Positions 27,514-39,764 of a DNA stretch of 64,000 nucleotides are shown here, piece after piece. The stretch comes from Macrostomum hystrix (taxonomy: Eukaryota > Animalia > Platyhelminthes). Position 1 is the first letter of the stretch, and the number at the start of each line of letters is the position of its first letter. Location of the stretch: positions 2,356,001-2,420,000 of the forward strand of contig CATNEN010000010.1 in assembly GCA_950097015.1 (NCBI GenBank), in the 5' to 3' direction. The notes beneath the pieces were generated by a model that was not told the origin of the DNA, ran no database searches, and saw only the letters and a list, made by a program, of their open reading frames with translations. The position numbers were made by a program, and so were the translations under genes.

Positions 27514-28650
27514 TTTGGTAGTTGTTATTTGTCCGGTTAACCAGACAAATAGCCATTTGATTATTTGTCTGGTTAACCGGTTAACTGGACAAGGACTTAA
27601 TTTGTCTCCTTTCAATGAGCAGCAGCAATGATCCTCCCAAAGACCACTCTTGCCCTGCTGAGAGCCATCTTGAGTCTTGACCTCACAAAGACCAAACTAT
27701 ACCCTTGAACTAAGTTAGTCCCTAAAACAACCAAATTTATGGAAAGGTTTTAATTTTTTTAATTAGCTGATAAGCAAAAATAATTTGAGACACAAACTTC
27801 AAATCTGAATGACTGTCCTTTTGCAGCTTGTTAATTATTTTATCTTACAAATGATAGAGGTTCTTGTGGTAGCACTACAACCCCTTATAACTACGTCCTA
27901 TTTTCCAGTACCAGTAACAGTACCAGTACCGGAAAAAAATTAGTTAAAACAAAGGGTCGTAACATAGAAAAACATTAATTGCCATGGCTGTAGATGAAGC
28001 ACGTGCAATTTCAGCTTCCTACAGCATCCAGCACCGGAGTAGTAGACCCTTAAAGTGCGTCTCCCCACCCCAGCCATAGAAGCCTCTGCTACTAAGGTCA
28101 TGATGACCCTTATTGCGCCAGCATGACTGGTTGGGGGCAACTAATAACCATCAGAGCATCAATTGCCATGGCTGTAGATGAAGTACATGCAATTTCAGCT
28201 TCCTACAGCATCCAACGCTGTAGCAATAGGCCCTTAAAGTGCGTCTCCCCACCCTAGCCATAGAAGCCTCTGCTACTAAGGTCATGATGACCCTTATTGC
28301 GCCAGCATGACTGGTTGGGGGCAACTAATAACCATCAGAGCATCAATTGCCATGGCTGTAGATGAAGTACATGCAATTTCAGCTTCTTACAGCATCCAAC
28401 GCTGTAGCAGTAGGCCCTTAAAGTGCGTCTCCCCACCCCAGCCATAAAAGCCTCTGCTACTAAGGTCATGATGACCCTTATTGCACCAGCATGACTGGTC
28501 AGGGGCAACTAATAGCCATCAGAGCATAAATTGCCATGGCTGTAGATAAAGCAGGTGCAATTTCAGCTTCTTACAGCATCTAGCGCCAGAGCAGTGGACC
28601 CTTAAAATGTGTCTCCCCACCGGTTAACTGGACAAATAACAACTGCCAAA
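27514..28650. mobile_element. Small palindromic MITE-like element split by a ~1-kb insert with a 17-bp direct duplication
   Basis: About 29-bp inverted ends (TTTGG(T/C)AGTTGTTATTTGTCC..GTTAACC). ACCGGTTAACTGGACAA occurs at 27576-27592 and 28619-28635. Confidence 0.6.
27977..28618 (+). repeat. 184-bp tandem repeat, about 3.5 copies
   Basis: AATTGCCATGG starts at 27977, 28161, 28345 and 28529. Confidence 0.95.
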
Positions 28651-30656
28651 GTTTTTAGTTAAACTATGGACCTGTACTGATTATTTGTTATTATATTCTA
28701 CTTTGTCTCTCTATACTCTATAGCCTTTCATAATTAGTAGCTAAAACAATAGCTATTTTATATAACTAAAATAAAAAAGTATGTGGGGCTTCTTGTACTT
28801 TAATTCTATAAAATATTTTGGTTCTACAAATAGACTTCAACTTTATCACTTGTATTCTTGTGGGTTGTAAACCTAGTGTCTATTGTAGCTTGCTTGTACC
28901 TGTACTATACAGATAAAATAATGTGACGTATGTGGTATTATTTTGCTTATAGGCCTAATTATAGTTTTATGAACAGCTGGTAAAAGCAAGCTTTTCTAGC
29001 CTTTAGAAGCAAGCCAAGAGCAATACTGGTTCCTGGACACTAGATACTACCTCAATCAATAGCCTGGTAATTTTTTGTTATTTACTTTAATACTTAGATT
29101 TGCTTATCTGCTAGGAACTATTATTTTGACCTTTATTGCTATCAATATCAAATTGTTCAAATGCTAGTCTTCATTTTCATTTTCTTTTTTGCACCAATTT
29201 AAACTACCTTTATCACTTAGTAAATGAAGACTTATATGAAATATCCAAATTTCCATCAAATACTATTAGCCAAATTGGCAAAATGTATGTACAGCAAGTG
29301 TCCAATCTAAAAAATGGATGACAAAAGTGTAAGACATCAAAAAAGCTGATGAGAAAGTGTCAAGGTACCAGCAGTATTCATTATAGCTTTGGCTATGTTG
29401 CTAGCTGTCATTTACTCCACAAATAAACCAGATAAAATCAATTATTATTAGTATTATTTTAGTAGACTAGTTATCAGTATCTTATCAAGGCCTTAACTTG
29501 CATAAGTTGTAGCAATAGTGTTTTGTTATAACAGAAACTTACAGGAACATTATTTTAGCTGCCACTTATTGCTCTCACTAGAAATAAAAAATTAATACAG
29601 CCAATAATAAGGTAGGTTTTTGGGCTGCTACTGTCTTTGATAGATCATATTCTTACTTTACTTACAAGCTACTTTTGTTGCTTGTATTTTTTATGTCACT
29701 ATTATATAAGTAATTTTCCTATGATAGTAGCAATATCTCAGCAATGTACTGGCTGCACATTGAATTTTTAAAGTGCACACCAGAGATTTCTGCATAAATT
29801 TGAGTTTGTGATAATATCCTAGTATGCAAATAGATTTTACATTTTTCTGGCACAATAGTGTATTGGCATAATATACTAGTGTAACATGTAAGGTGTTAAG
29901 CATTGAGACTACATATAGGCAGCTGGCCCCACAATGTATTGAATAAGTGACATTACTAATATAAGAGCAGCAAGAATTGTGTCACAAAAATTATAGGCTT
30001 AAAGGCCTGAAGATTAATATATTTTTATGTTAACAATTGTGGAGAGGTGGATATTGTATATACATGGGTGCAGCCAAATGTTGTAAGCACCCACCCTACA
30101 GATCCGTATAGGGTAGGTATGGTATTGGCAACACAAGTGAAGCAAACAAAATCTGAAATGATTTATTTCTGAACAATAAACCACAACACACCTGCAAAGC
30201 TCAAACTAACATTAGCAGTTTCCCATTTGTAAGTTTTTTTAAAATACTTGTATGTAAAATGTTAATAGTTGTGCATTCTATCAAATATCAATTTTTTAAC
30301 TTGTTTTACCTTTGACTTGTTAAATGTCATGCTTCAGATTGAATCTTTAAAATTCATGCTTTTAGATTTGTTTCCTACATATTATATTACAAGAGTATTA
30401 TTCTTTTATCAAGCATAAAGACTGCAATAGCTAATTTTTGCTTCCAGAATGCAACTCACACAAGGTACACTATAAGTAGGCCTAATAAAGTGCTCAAGTT
30501 TTTCAAAAGCATAACTTTAACTTCAAGCTAAAAGCTAGGTGATCTTGAACTTTAATGACCCAGAAAATAGGTTGGTAGCAGCAGAAAAGCTTTCAAGAAT
30601 GTATGGATTATTTGATATTTAAGTTTGGGTTAAATTTTGGTATCTAGCAAATCTGA

Positions 30657-31091
<435 letters not shown>

Positions 31092-31148
31092 AACTTTGTT
31101 GACTGGCTAGAAACCACCGTGTGCGCTTGATGCGGCTGTTCCACTGGA

Positions 31149-31154
31149 AATAAA
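31149..31154 (+). terminator. Putative polyadenylation signal of UBA52
   Basis: AATAAA about 58 nt after the stop codon. Confidence 0.55.
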
Positions 31155-31495
31155 ATTGCCCCTCCGGCACTTACATACTTGGATCAAAAGCCTGTCCGTT
31201 GGATTGAAAATATAGTACATGCTCTCACGGCTTGCATTCATTTTCTCTAGACAGGACTTGAACCCGTTGTTTAGACCTGTATTGATTATTACTTAGGAAT
31301 GCAATAGTTCGCCATGAGCGGTTAACGTATGAATACATTGCAATGCATCACCGGTTATTGGTTTAGCAGGCATTGGTCATTGGTTGTTGGTTGGTTGGCC
31401 AGGCATTAGGTATTTTAACCACTGGACAGCTGTCACTTAAAAAATTGAACAGCAAAAAAGTTAAGTAAAAATACATTTTCATGACTATCGACATA

Positions 31496-31812
31496 GCTTG
31501 CATGATTGCATAGCTGGCATGATTGCATAGCTGGCATGATTGCATAGCTTGCATGATTGCATAGCTGGCATGATTGCATAGCTGGCATGATTGCATAGCT
31601 TGCATGATTGCATAGCTGGCATGATTGCATAGCTGGCATGATTGCATAGCTGGCATGATTGCATAGCTGGCATGATTGCATAGCTGGCATGATTGCATAG
31701 CTGGCATGATTGCATGATTGCATAGCTGGCATGATTGCATAGCTGGCATGATTGCATAGCTGGCATGATTGCATAGCTGGCATGATTGCATAGCTGGCAT
31801 GATTGCATAGCT
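31496..31812 (+). repeat. 17-bp minisatellite (TAGCTGGCATGATTGCA), about 19 copies
   Basis: Tandem units; the three minus-strand ORFs here are repeat translations. Confidence 0.96.
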
Positions 31813-32393
31813 TGATTATATCAAGTATGTCCGCTAATAAAAGTCAATTTTCCGACTCAAATTTGAAAATCAATTTGCGATTATGAGTTCAAAGAAATTG
31901 TTTAAAGCGTTATCTCTCGTAACTCTTTGTTATAATCGAATTGTTACATCAAAATCTTCACATTTTTGTTTAATTGACGCCAAAGCCATATGGCTAACAT
32001 ACAGTTAACCTACCTGGAATCGCCTAGAATTGATTAAATAATGCTTTAATTAATCGAAGAAAAATCTACTTTTAGAACGAGATGCTGTCTAGATAAAAGT
32101 GCAGTTTAAATTAGCACTGCCTATGAGGGTGTCAGTTAACAAACAACACGAATGAGCAACCCTATCAACGATGTTTGCTGTTCATTTTTTAAAAACAATT
32201 TAAAAAATTTAGTATAGTATATCGCAGAGGCAAACTGCAGTTCGAACTAAAGTCTTATTATCACAATCCAGACGATGCTATGCAGTTAGTGGTCATTGTG
32301 CCATCTGCTATAGATTGGTTACATCAGGTGTTGCACAAGCAAGCAGCAGGTATTGGACCCAGTATTCCCCGCTGCTTCGACATCGATTCTCAA

Positions 32394-35300
32394 CTACTTA
32401 GACAAGAGGCGCCCTTCCCTGCCGACATCTTCAGCCAAGTCGTCGTAGTCATCGCTGTCCAGATCGTGCTCACGATCGCCACCACCGCGGATGCTGCTAA
32501 CGCGAGTGGTCAGCGTTGAGCTCCGTGATGCTCGCACTTCGCCGAGGCCAGCCGAGTGCGCCGCCTCGGCCGTCTGCGAATCTGACGAGCCCAGTGTTCC
32601 CACTACCTGCGGAAATTCCGCAATGCGGAATTTCTGGCTCGCCTGTGGAAAATCAAGAGGAATTTTGCAATCTGCGGAAATTTGGTTGCTCCGATTTTGC
32701 TCTGATATTTGAATATATGAGGAATTGAGGACACACTTTAGTTTTATACAATCTATATACTAAATATCTTATATATATATATATTTGTCAATATCTAGTA
32801 TTTTCTATTTGTTGGAATTCTCCTTAATTATTTGTACACATACTACTGTTTAAAAGTTCATTTCTTTATTGATTGTAGTTCTTAGTTTAGTCTATGTTCC
32901 ACCGCCACCCTCTTACTAGGAAACTTAGTTTTTCGCATAGAGCTAGAATGGAAATTGGAACCTAATGAGTCTGGAAGCGAGTTTAATGAGTCAATACCAA
33001 TAGTTAATTAAATAGATCAGGTTGGCTAGAAAGACTTTACAAAGTAGCTCAACTTATTTTTCAGCTTTGCTGCCTTTGCGACTTGCGTTTAACTCAATAA
33101 GACAATAACTGAAAAAATATTCTGAGAATACGCTCGTACCCTCGTAGTGAGATGTCTCTAAGCAAGCCTCGTGCAACAGCATTTCGACATGAGTGGTTAC
33201 AGCGATCCATTGATGGACGAGTCCTTAGCGAGTGGCTTCAGCCTGATCGAAGTGACGAACTGCTTGGCTTCTGCACCGTGTGCAAAAAATCATTTCACCT
33301 CGGCACTAGTGGGTTCGGCGCAGTTACAGCCCACGCCCAAGGCAAGAAGCACAAGAGTCGGTTGCCAGTCATGAATGAGACTGGGATAGCACACTTTTTT
33401 CCTACTCAAGGCAGCAAGCCATCTTTCACTGCCATGAAGAAGGCTGACGCAGAAGTGCTAATGGCAGAGCTGCGACTTGGAATCCATTTTATTGAGCACA
33501 ATATTGCGTACAATACAGCCGACCACTCGGGTGTGTACCCAGCTATGTTTCATGATAGCAAAATTGCTCAAGACATGAAGTGCCATCGCACAAAACTGTG
33601 CTATCTTGTTAATCACGCTCTTGCACCAGTGATGCGTGATGAGATGATTCAAGACTTGAACTCTGGCTGCGGACTGTTTTCCCTTTCTATTGACGAGTCA
33701 TCTGATGGGGCACGAAAGCACATGGCAGTTGTAATATCATTTGTGTCGTCGAAGAAGGGAAGGCTGTGTACAACTGCCTTGAAAACAGTTGAAGTTTCTG
33801 ACTGCTCAGCCGCTGCTCTGAAAGAGGAAGTTTTGAAGATTCTCGATGAATTCAACATTCCGATTAGGAACTGTGTTAGCATATCAACAGATGGACCAGC
33901 AGTTATGGTTGGAAAGTTTAACGGCTTCCAAAAAATAATGCATGACTTTGCATCTCATCTTGTTTCCATTGGACCATGCAGTTTGCATATTGTCTCCAAT
34001 GCGGTTCGACGTGCATGTGAAGCCTTTGATGGAAATGTAGAGGACTTCGCTGATGAAGTGTTCTCCTACTTTCAGACCTCGAAAAGGTGGACGCGTTATA
34101 ACAAAGTTCAGTCACTGCTTCAAGTGGCCCAGCATCGCATGTTGCGGCGCGTTGAAACAAGATGGGTGCAGCTTTTGCCTGTTGTTAATAGGCTTATTGA
34201 GCAATATGATTCTCTGGAAGAATTCTTTGTGAAGAATCCATCTCTGATTGAGCAAAAGACCAAAAAGACCAAAGAAATTGCTGAGCACCTAAAGTCGACG
34301 CATACACTGCTTAATCTGCAATTTCTGGCTGCTGTCTTGCCGCATCTAGACCAATTCGAGAAGGCATTTCAGACAGAGGAGCCGTGTGTCCATCTTTTGC
34401 ATGGAGAAGTCCGCAATTTGTTTAGGCAGACTTTGTCATTCTTTTTAAATCCAGCGCACATTCAGGAGAACAATCGACATTTGAGAAATTTGTCGTTGGA
34501 AGGCAAATACTTCCTCTCTAATGAAGCCATCTTTATCGGCGAAGCAGCTAAAGAGACATTAAAAAAAGGCTTGTCGGACACTCAACAGAAGCTCTTTTTC
34601 CTACGTGTTCGCACCTTCTATCGTGAACTTGCATTGTACTTGCAAGAACATTTGCCTCTGTCGAATCCTGTCTTACGCTCGCTACAATTTCTGGATCCGC
34701 AATATCCTATGAAAGTCGGTCTCGCAGCAGCTACTACATCGCTTGCTGCATGTAACCTAGCCAAACAAATGGAATATACACCTGATTCCGTATCAAAAAT
34801 TGATTCCGAATGGCGATGCTTCCTCGTTGACCAACAGGTAGTGGCTTTGGCTAAGGACAATGATGTGGTTACATTTTGGCTTCGCGTGTCAGCCCTAGAG
34901 CTTGGTGGTCAAAAAAAGTACGGCACACTAACCCGACTAGCTTTGGGTGCTCTGACCATTCAGCCAGGCAACGCTGCAGTAGAGCGAGTCTTTAGCGAGT
35001 TATCGGACTTGTTAACGAAAAAACGCAACAAGCTTGGTGAATTGTCTATTGATGCCTGCCTTTTTGTTCGACACTACATCCGCCAATCTGGGCTAGTTGG
35101 TGAGGAGCCTACAACCTGCGAAAACTTTCCATTGACAGACGTCTACGTTCAGTCTGCTGGGAAGGCTCGTTCAGTGTACATGGAATTCCTTCAACAGCAA
35201 AGAGATGCTGATAAGGCCAAGAAAGATGCACGGATTGCCGCTAAACAGTTGGAAGAGCAGCTTGCTGCTGAGATTGAAGTAAACAAGAAGAAGATGGAAT

Positions 35301-38300
35301 TGGAGGCGGCTGAAAAAAAGTTGGCTGCAGAGCGTGAAATAATTGAAGCTGAGAAGCGAGCTGCTTCGGCTATGCTGCTCGAGTATCAGAAAAAAATGAG
35401 GACTTTAGAAGAGCGAGAGGCCAAAGCTCTACATGATGACGCCAAGCTGCTGAAGCGAAAGTTGAAGACTCAAGACGAGCTGGCTGCAGAAGCACTGAAA
35501 AAGGCCGCCAAGATGATATGCAAATCACTAGAAAACAGAACAATGGGGCGTACTAGTAACTAATAAGACAATGTCACGCGTCTTGACTAGAGGTAGGATT
35601 GGATCCCGATCACAAAAGCCTGGGATCCTGGCCAAACTCATGATCATGATTCTGAAATTATTTTGAGATCCCATCCAACCATCTTATATATTCATATCTT
35701 TAAATGCTGAAACCTGAAATTCAATCATGAATTGCAATCCCGATTCCCGAAATTAGGAATCCCAATCCCAAAAATCTTCATCCTGTCCAATCTCTAGTCT
35801 TGGCAGCAGTCTAATTAATAAGCAAAGTATTGTATCTCTAGTAGTTAACTTTACTTAATTAGTTTTACTTTTATTAACAGTTGAATAGAACCTAAAGAAT
35901 GTTTAATGCTTGTAGTTGTAACTAAATAGCAGTTGTGCCTGTGTGTCACGTGACACGTCAAATCTTTTCCGTAAAGTGCAAACATTGAGCCAGCCATTGT
36001 TTTTTCGTTAAAGTAGAATAAAAAGAACTTTTTGCCATCCACAGCCAATGTGATGGGTTGACAACTTGATTGTAAACTGGAAGTCTAGAATACATTGACT
36101 TAGACTTGCTTACTTATTTTGAGTTTAAAAAAATGCTTGTTCAAAAGTTTTTTTCCATAGTTTTGTTGAAAATCTTATCATATTTAATAGGTTAAGCTAT
36201 CTGCGGAATTTTCTTTAGGCTGCGGAGGAAAAATGGGTAGATTGGAGTGGGAACACTGGACGAGCCGCAGCTCACGTCGTCGTCATTTTCGTCGGCCTCA
36301 CTGCAGCTGGCGCTGGCGTCACTTGGTGGCGGTCCGCGGCCGCTGCCAGCGCCTTCGCTACCGCGGACACGCCGGGGCGCCACCTGACGATCGGCGCTGA
36401 ATGGCGCCACCTCCGGCGTGGTGCAGCCTTGGGCACGCGCCCACTGCTCGGCGTTGCGGCCGAACTCCGGGTCGGTTCGGGTGACGGAGGCGCGGCCCTC
36501 GCCGGCCAGCAGGCTGGCGCATTCCACGAAGCCGCCTCGTGCGGCGATTAGCAGGGCGGTGCAGCCCTCGCGGTTGCACCGGTCCGGGTCCAGGCCGAGG
36601 CGACGAAAGCATTTCAGTAGAACCGCGATGCCCGAATCATTGCCAACCCGCGAGCAGTACATGAGCGGCGTGTTGCCTGGTAACGGACAAATTATAGTTG
36701 TACATTCTAGCTGTACATTCTGCCGGACGAATAAGTGCAGAAATAGGCAAAAGAAATTGCTCATGCAAAAATATGAAACTATGAAAATTAAATTAGGCCA
36801 GATGTACAGCAAGTTGCGCAATCCCTGCTATTGCGCGGCGCTTCAAAAGGCTGCGTACAGCTGTTCATCCTGCAGGCTAAACTGGGGCAATAGGAAGTTT
36901 AGTGCCTTGCTTCACTGTACTCGCCAGGGTGCAAGTTTTAACTGTTGCCGAGGATATTCTGGGTGCGTCCAAGTGGCTATAAAGCGGATGTGGATGAAAA
37001 TTCAATTACAATTCTATCGGCGGGTCTTCAACCCGTTTCCTTTCACTCATTCCGGCCTAGGTTAGGGGGGCTTCTCCGCTTTCAGCTGGGTCAGTGGTAG
37101 CGGCAATTTGCCTGGCCAATTTTTTATAGCAAAGTCCGCAAAGAAGTGGGCAATGAGGCTAGAAAGCGAAAGCGGCCACCGTTTTCCGACTGAGTTTCTG
37201 ACTGAGCTGCACTTTCGGGACGAAATGGGACGACCCTGGCGCTGACTTCCTCCAGCTTAATTGCAAGCAAAGTGGCTCAAATAAGCTCAGGCGGGTCACC
37301 TGGGAATGGGCCCTAGGTGCGTGACTCAGGGAGACAAGCGGAATGAAAAGAAGTGAAGATGCAGGGATAGGGAAAAAAAACTCCTCATAGCAGCCTGGAA
37401 ACTGAGCAGCAGGCGCGGAGTCCAGAGCAGCCGGGATATTCTGCGCTTCAATGATCGTGGCAAGTTTCTATGATCATGGCAAGTTTCTATGATCATGGCA
37501 AGTTTCTATGATCATGACAAGTTTCTATGATCATGGCAAGTTTCTATGATCATGGCAAGTTTCTATGATCATGGCAAGTTTCTATGATCAACTTTTAAGT
37601 TAGTCTTTCCCTGTAGAATGTTTCTATTCCATCCGCATGCATCGAGATTGTTGAGACACTTAGAGGCTGTGCGGCTCGTGTGAGCCGAGGTCTTATCAGC
37701 TGTTGCTGCTGCTACTGCTGCCGAAAGCAGCGGCGGGAGAAGGGGAGGGGCTGGAATAACACATGCTAGAGTTGGCGCGGGATGTGGCGACTTGCTGGAA
37801 GCCGATGCTAAAAATAAGATCGGCGGAGGTGAGCGAGGGAGTGAAGCAGCTGAGCAAGCAAGTCCCGCGGGGCGCGGCAGTCAGCTGTTCCGCATTTAGT
37901 TTTGTTTGCTTTTCCTCGTGGAACATTTCAGATCATATACGTATTAACGGATTATCTAAGGATTTGGAAATCATATGTGGTCCCTTCTATTGAGTTCTAG
38001 GAATTTAAATACGAATAGAAATTTGTATTGACAGTGCTTGTGATCGAAGAAAATTTACTGCATTAATCAGGATCCCTCACTTTCAGCCCTGTGTGTGAGT
38101 CGAAAGAAAGTAACCCAGGCTACACGCGTTGATGTGGTATTCATGTACAGATTAATCTCGAACTTGGAATCATACGATAGAAATATGTCTCTAGAAGCAT
38201 GACCAGACCAGACCAGAGGCATGTCACTCTAGACACCCTTTTGTGACTCCATTGGATTAAAATGTTATATATACGATTCTCCTAAGATATTTAAATCTTG

Positions 38301-39764
38301 GGATTCTCCTCAGGGGTTTTCCTTTTTTGGGATTCCCCTTAGGGGTTGCCTTTTTTGGGATTCTTCTTTCGGAATTTAAACCTTGGGAAAGCCCTCAGGG
38401 ATTTCAATTTTGGATTTCTATTAGGTATTTAAATTTGGGATTCCCGTAAGGGATTTTAATATTGGGAGTCTCTTTAGGGATTTAAATTTAGAGTTTTCCC
38501 TTAGAGGTTTACATTTTGGGATTCCATTTGGAGAGTTAAATATTGGGATTCCCCTCAATGATTTGAGTATTTGGAGTGTCCTAAGGATTTCTATCTTGGC
38601 ATTCCCCTAGGGATTGCCATCCGATTCGAGTGAACAGATGAGCAAAAAGGTTAAAGTGCAACGGCAGACCAGGGCCGCACCGTCTTTGTCAGGCAGCTCG
38701 GGGTCCACATTGTGCTTAACCAGCATTCGCACAACATCGTTTCGACGCAGCTCGCAGGCGTAGCTGAGGGCGGTCCTGCCGGCGTCGTCCTGCAAGTTGG
38801 GCTCGGCGCCGTGGGCCAGCAGCATCTCCATGATGCGTTGGCGGCACTTCTCCTCCTGGCGGGTGTGGGCGATGGGAATTTGTTATCCCACTTTGGATGC
38901 AGTAAGACGTCCAAAAATAAAACTAGAATTGTGGCCAGTGATCGAACTATGCAGAAAGTCTATGCACCAAGTCTATGAATCCATTGAGCCCCTCCTGCTG
39001 GAGCGGATTTTTTATACGAGTAAAACGATTTTTTATCGAAACTACACTGACAATTAATTACAGCCATTTGGCAGGCAGGTTTATAACACCATTAATTGCA
39101 TACTTAATACATGGGCCGTGCAAAGTCTCAGGTGTAAATTAAACACCGCCGGTTCCCGCGGCACTGCCAGCCCTCCTGTAGGCAATCGCAAAAATTCAAA
39201 AAAGCCCCAGAATCAGTAGCGGCTTCATCTTCCCTCATGCCCAGAGTCTGCGGAAGCTGGGCTGGGTACAGAAATGGCTGCAATTTATTGCGTGTTCAGT
39301 GCTAGCCTCACCGTGATGTACACTGCTCTAATTAGCGGAGTTTTGCCTTTGAAGTCTCGAAAATTCGTGGCCACTTCCACTTCCTTCTCGCAGGCTTCTA
39401 ACAGGAACTTCACCAGGTGGCTCTTGCCGCGGGTCACCGCGTCCAGGAGAGCATCGGCAGCGCTCTCGAGGCCTGGCACATCGCGAGCGCAGCGCTCCTG
39501 CTGCTGCTGCTGCAACAGCAGCTGTTGCGGCGACTGAGTCGGCTGCGGCGGCTTCGGTGGCGACGACTGCTGCTGCAGCTGCTGGGCCTGCTTACTCATG
39601 CCCTTTGAAGTCTTGGCTTTCTCACTCAGTGCAAGTCGAATCCCTGAGCTCGCCTCGCTAAACACTGCAGCCACTCGCTGGCCCATCTTGGCTGGCAGAA
39701 ATATCCCCAGGGGAGGCTGCGACACTCGGCTTCCTCTTTCCTGCCTCCCTGCCCATGCAGCCAT
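32394..39764 (-). CDS. ANKRD63: Ankyrin-repeat protein, ANKRD63-like; last exon interrupted by a hAT transposon
   Basis: Phase-compatible exons 39764-39312, 38855-38681, 36676-36259 and 32591-32394. Motifs GKSHLVKFLL, GKTPLIRAV, GRTALSYAC, GNTPLMYC and FRRLGLDPDRCNREGCTAL match my recollection of ANKRD63 (FRRLGL..DRTNRAGLTAL). Confidence 0.82.
33152..35563 (+). CDS. hAT transposase, 803 aa, uninterrupted
   Basis: N-terminal Zn finger (FCTVCKK..H..GKKH); SIDESSD (D); STDGPAVM (D); CSLH (CxxH); ETRW; NAAVERVFS (E); coiled-coil tail. Confidence 0.93.
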   Translation: MSLSKPRATAFRHEWLQRSIDGRVLSEWLQPDRSDELLGFCTVCKKSFHLGTSGFGAVTAHAQGKKHKSRLPVMNETGIAHFFPTQGSKPSFTAMKKADAEVLMAELRLGIHFIEHNIAYNTADHSGVYPAMFHDSKIAQDMKCHRTKLCYLVNHALAPVMRDEMIQDLNSGCGLFSLSIDESSDGARKHMAVVISFVSSKKGRLCTTALKTVEVSDCSAAALKEEVLKILDEFNIPIRNCVSISTDGPAVMVGKFNGFQKIMHDFASHLVSIGPCSLHIVSNAVRRACEAFDGNVEDFADEVFSYFQTSKRWTRYNKVQSLLQVAQHRMLRRVETRWVQLLPVVNRLIEQYDSLEEFFVKNPSLIEQKTKKTKEIAEHLKSTHTLLNLQFLAAVLPHLDQFEKAFQTEEPCVHLLHGEVRNLFRQTLSFFLNPAHIQENNRHLRNLSLEGKYFLSNEAIFIGEAAKETLKKGLSDTQQKLFFLRVRTFYRELALYLQEHLPLSNPVLRSLQFLDPQYPMKVGLAAATTSLAACNLAKQMEYTPDSVSKIDSEWRCFLVDQQVVALAKDNDVVTFWLRVSALELGGQKKYGTLTRLALGALTIQPGNAAVERVFSELSDLLTKKRNKLGELSIDACLFVRHYIRQSGLVGEEPTTCENFPLTDVYVQSAGKARSVYMEFLQQQRDADKAKKDARIAAKQLEEQLAAEIEVNKKKMELEAAEKKLAAEREIIEAEKRAASAMLLEYQKKMRTLEEREAKALHDDAKLLKRKLKTQDELAAEALKKAAKMICKSLENRTMGRTSN
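35588..35796. mobile_element. 209-bp hAT-type MITE nested in the large hAT
   Basis: TAGAG...CTCTA ends; 8-bp flanks GTCTTGAC and GTCTTGGC (7/8 identical). Confidence 0.7.
37452..37590 (+). repeat. 19-bp minisatellite (TGATCATGGCAAGTTTCTA), about 7 copies, intronic
   Basis: Tandem units read directly. Confidence 0.93.
38290..38605 (+). repeat. Degenerate ~20-bp repeat (TTTGGGATTCCCCTAGGG-like), intronic
   Basis: Recurring GGGATT(C/T)CC and AGGG(A/G)TT motifs. Confidence 0.6.

Larger units (their letters stand above)
32592..36258 (+). mobile_element. Full-length hAT DNA transposon (3667 bp)
   Basis: Perfect 13-bp TIR CAGTGTTCCCACT. Perfect 8-bp TSD GACGAGCC at 32584-32591 and 36259-36266. 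Sub-terminal TTCCGCA/TGCGGAA repeats and an intact transposase. Confidence 0.96.

Noticed and set aside
27977-28618. Hammerhead, HDV-like, twister, SECIS or H/ACA identity for the 184-bp unit
   Set aside because: Only partial cores were found (CTGATGG far from GAAA; no matching pseudoknot or box spacing). Kept as an unassigned structured repeat.
37696-37993. Two short GC-rich ORFs in the ankyrin-gene intron
   Set aside because: They have no recognisable motif, and the flanking exons already join in phase without them.
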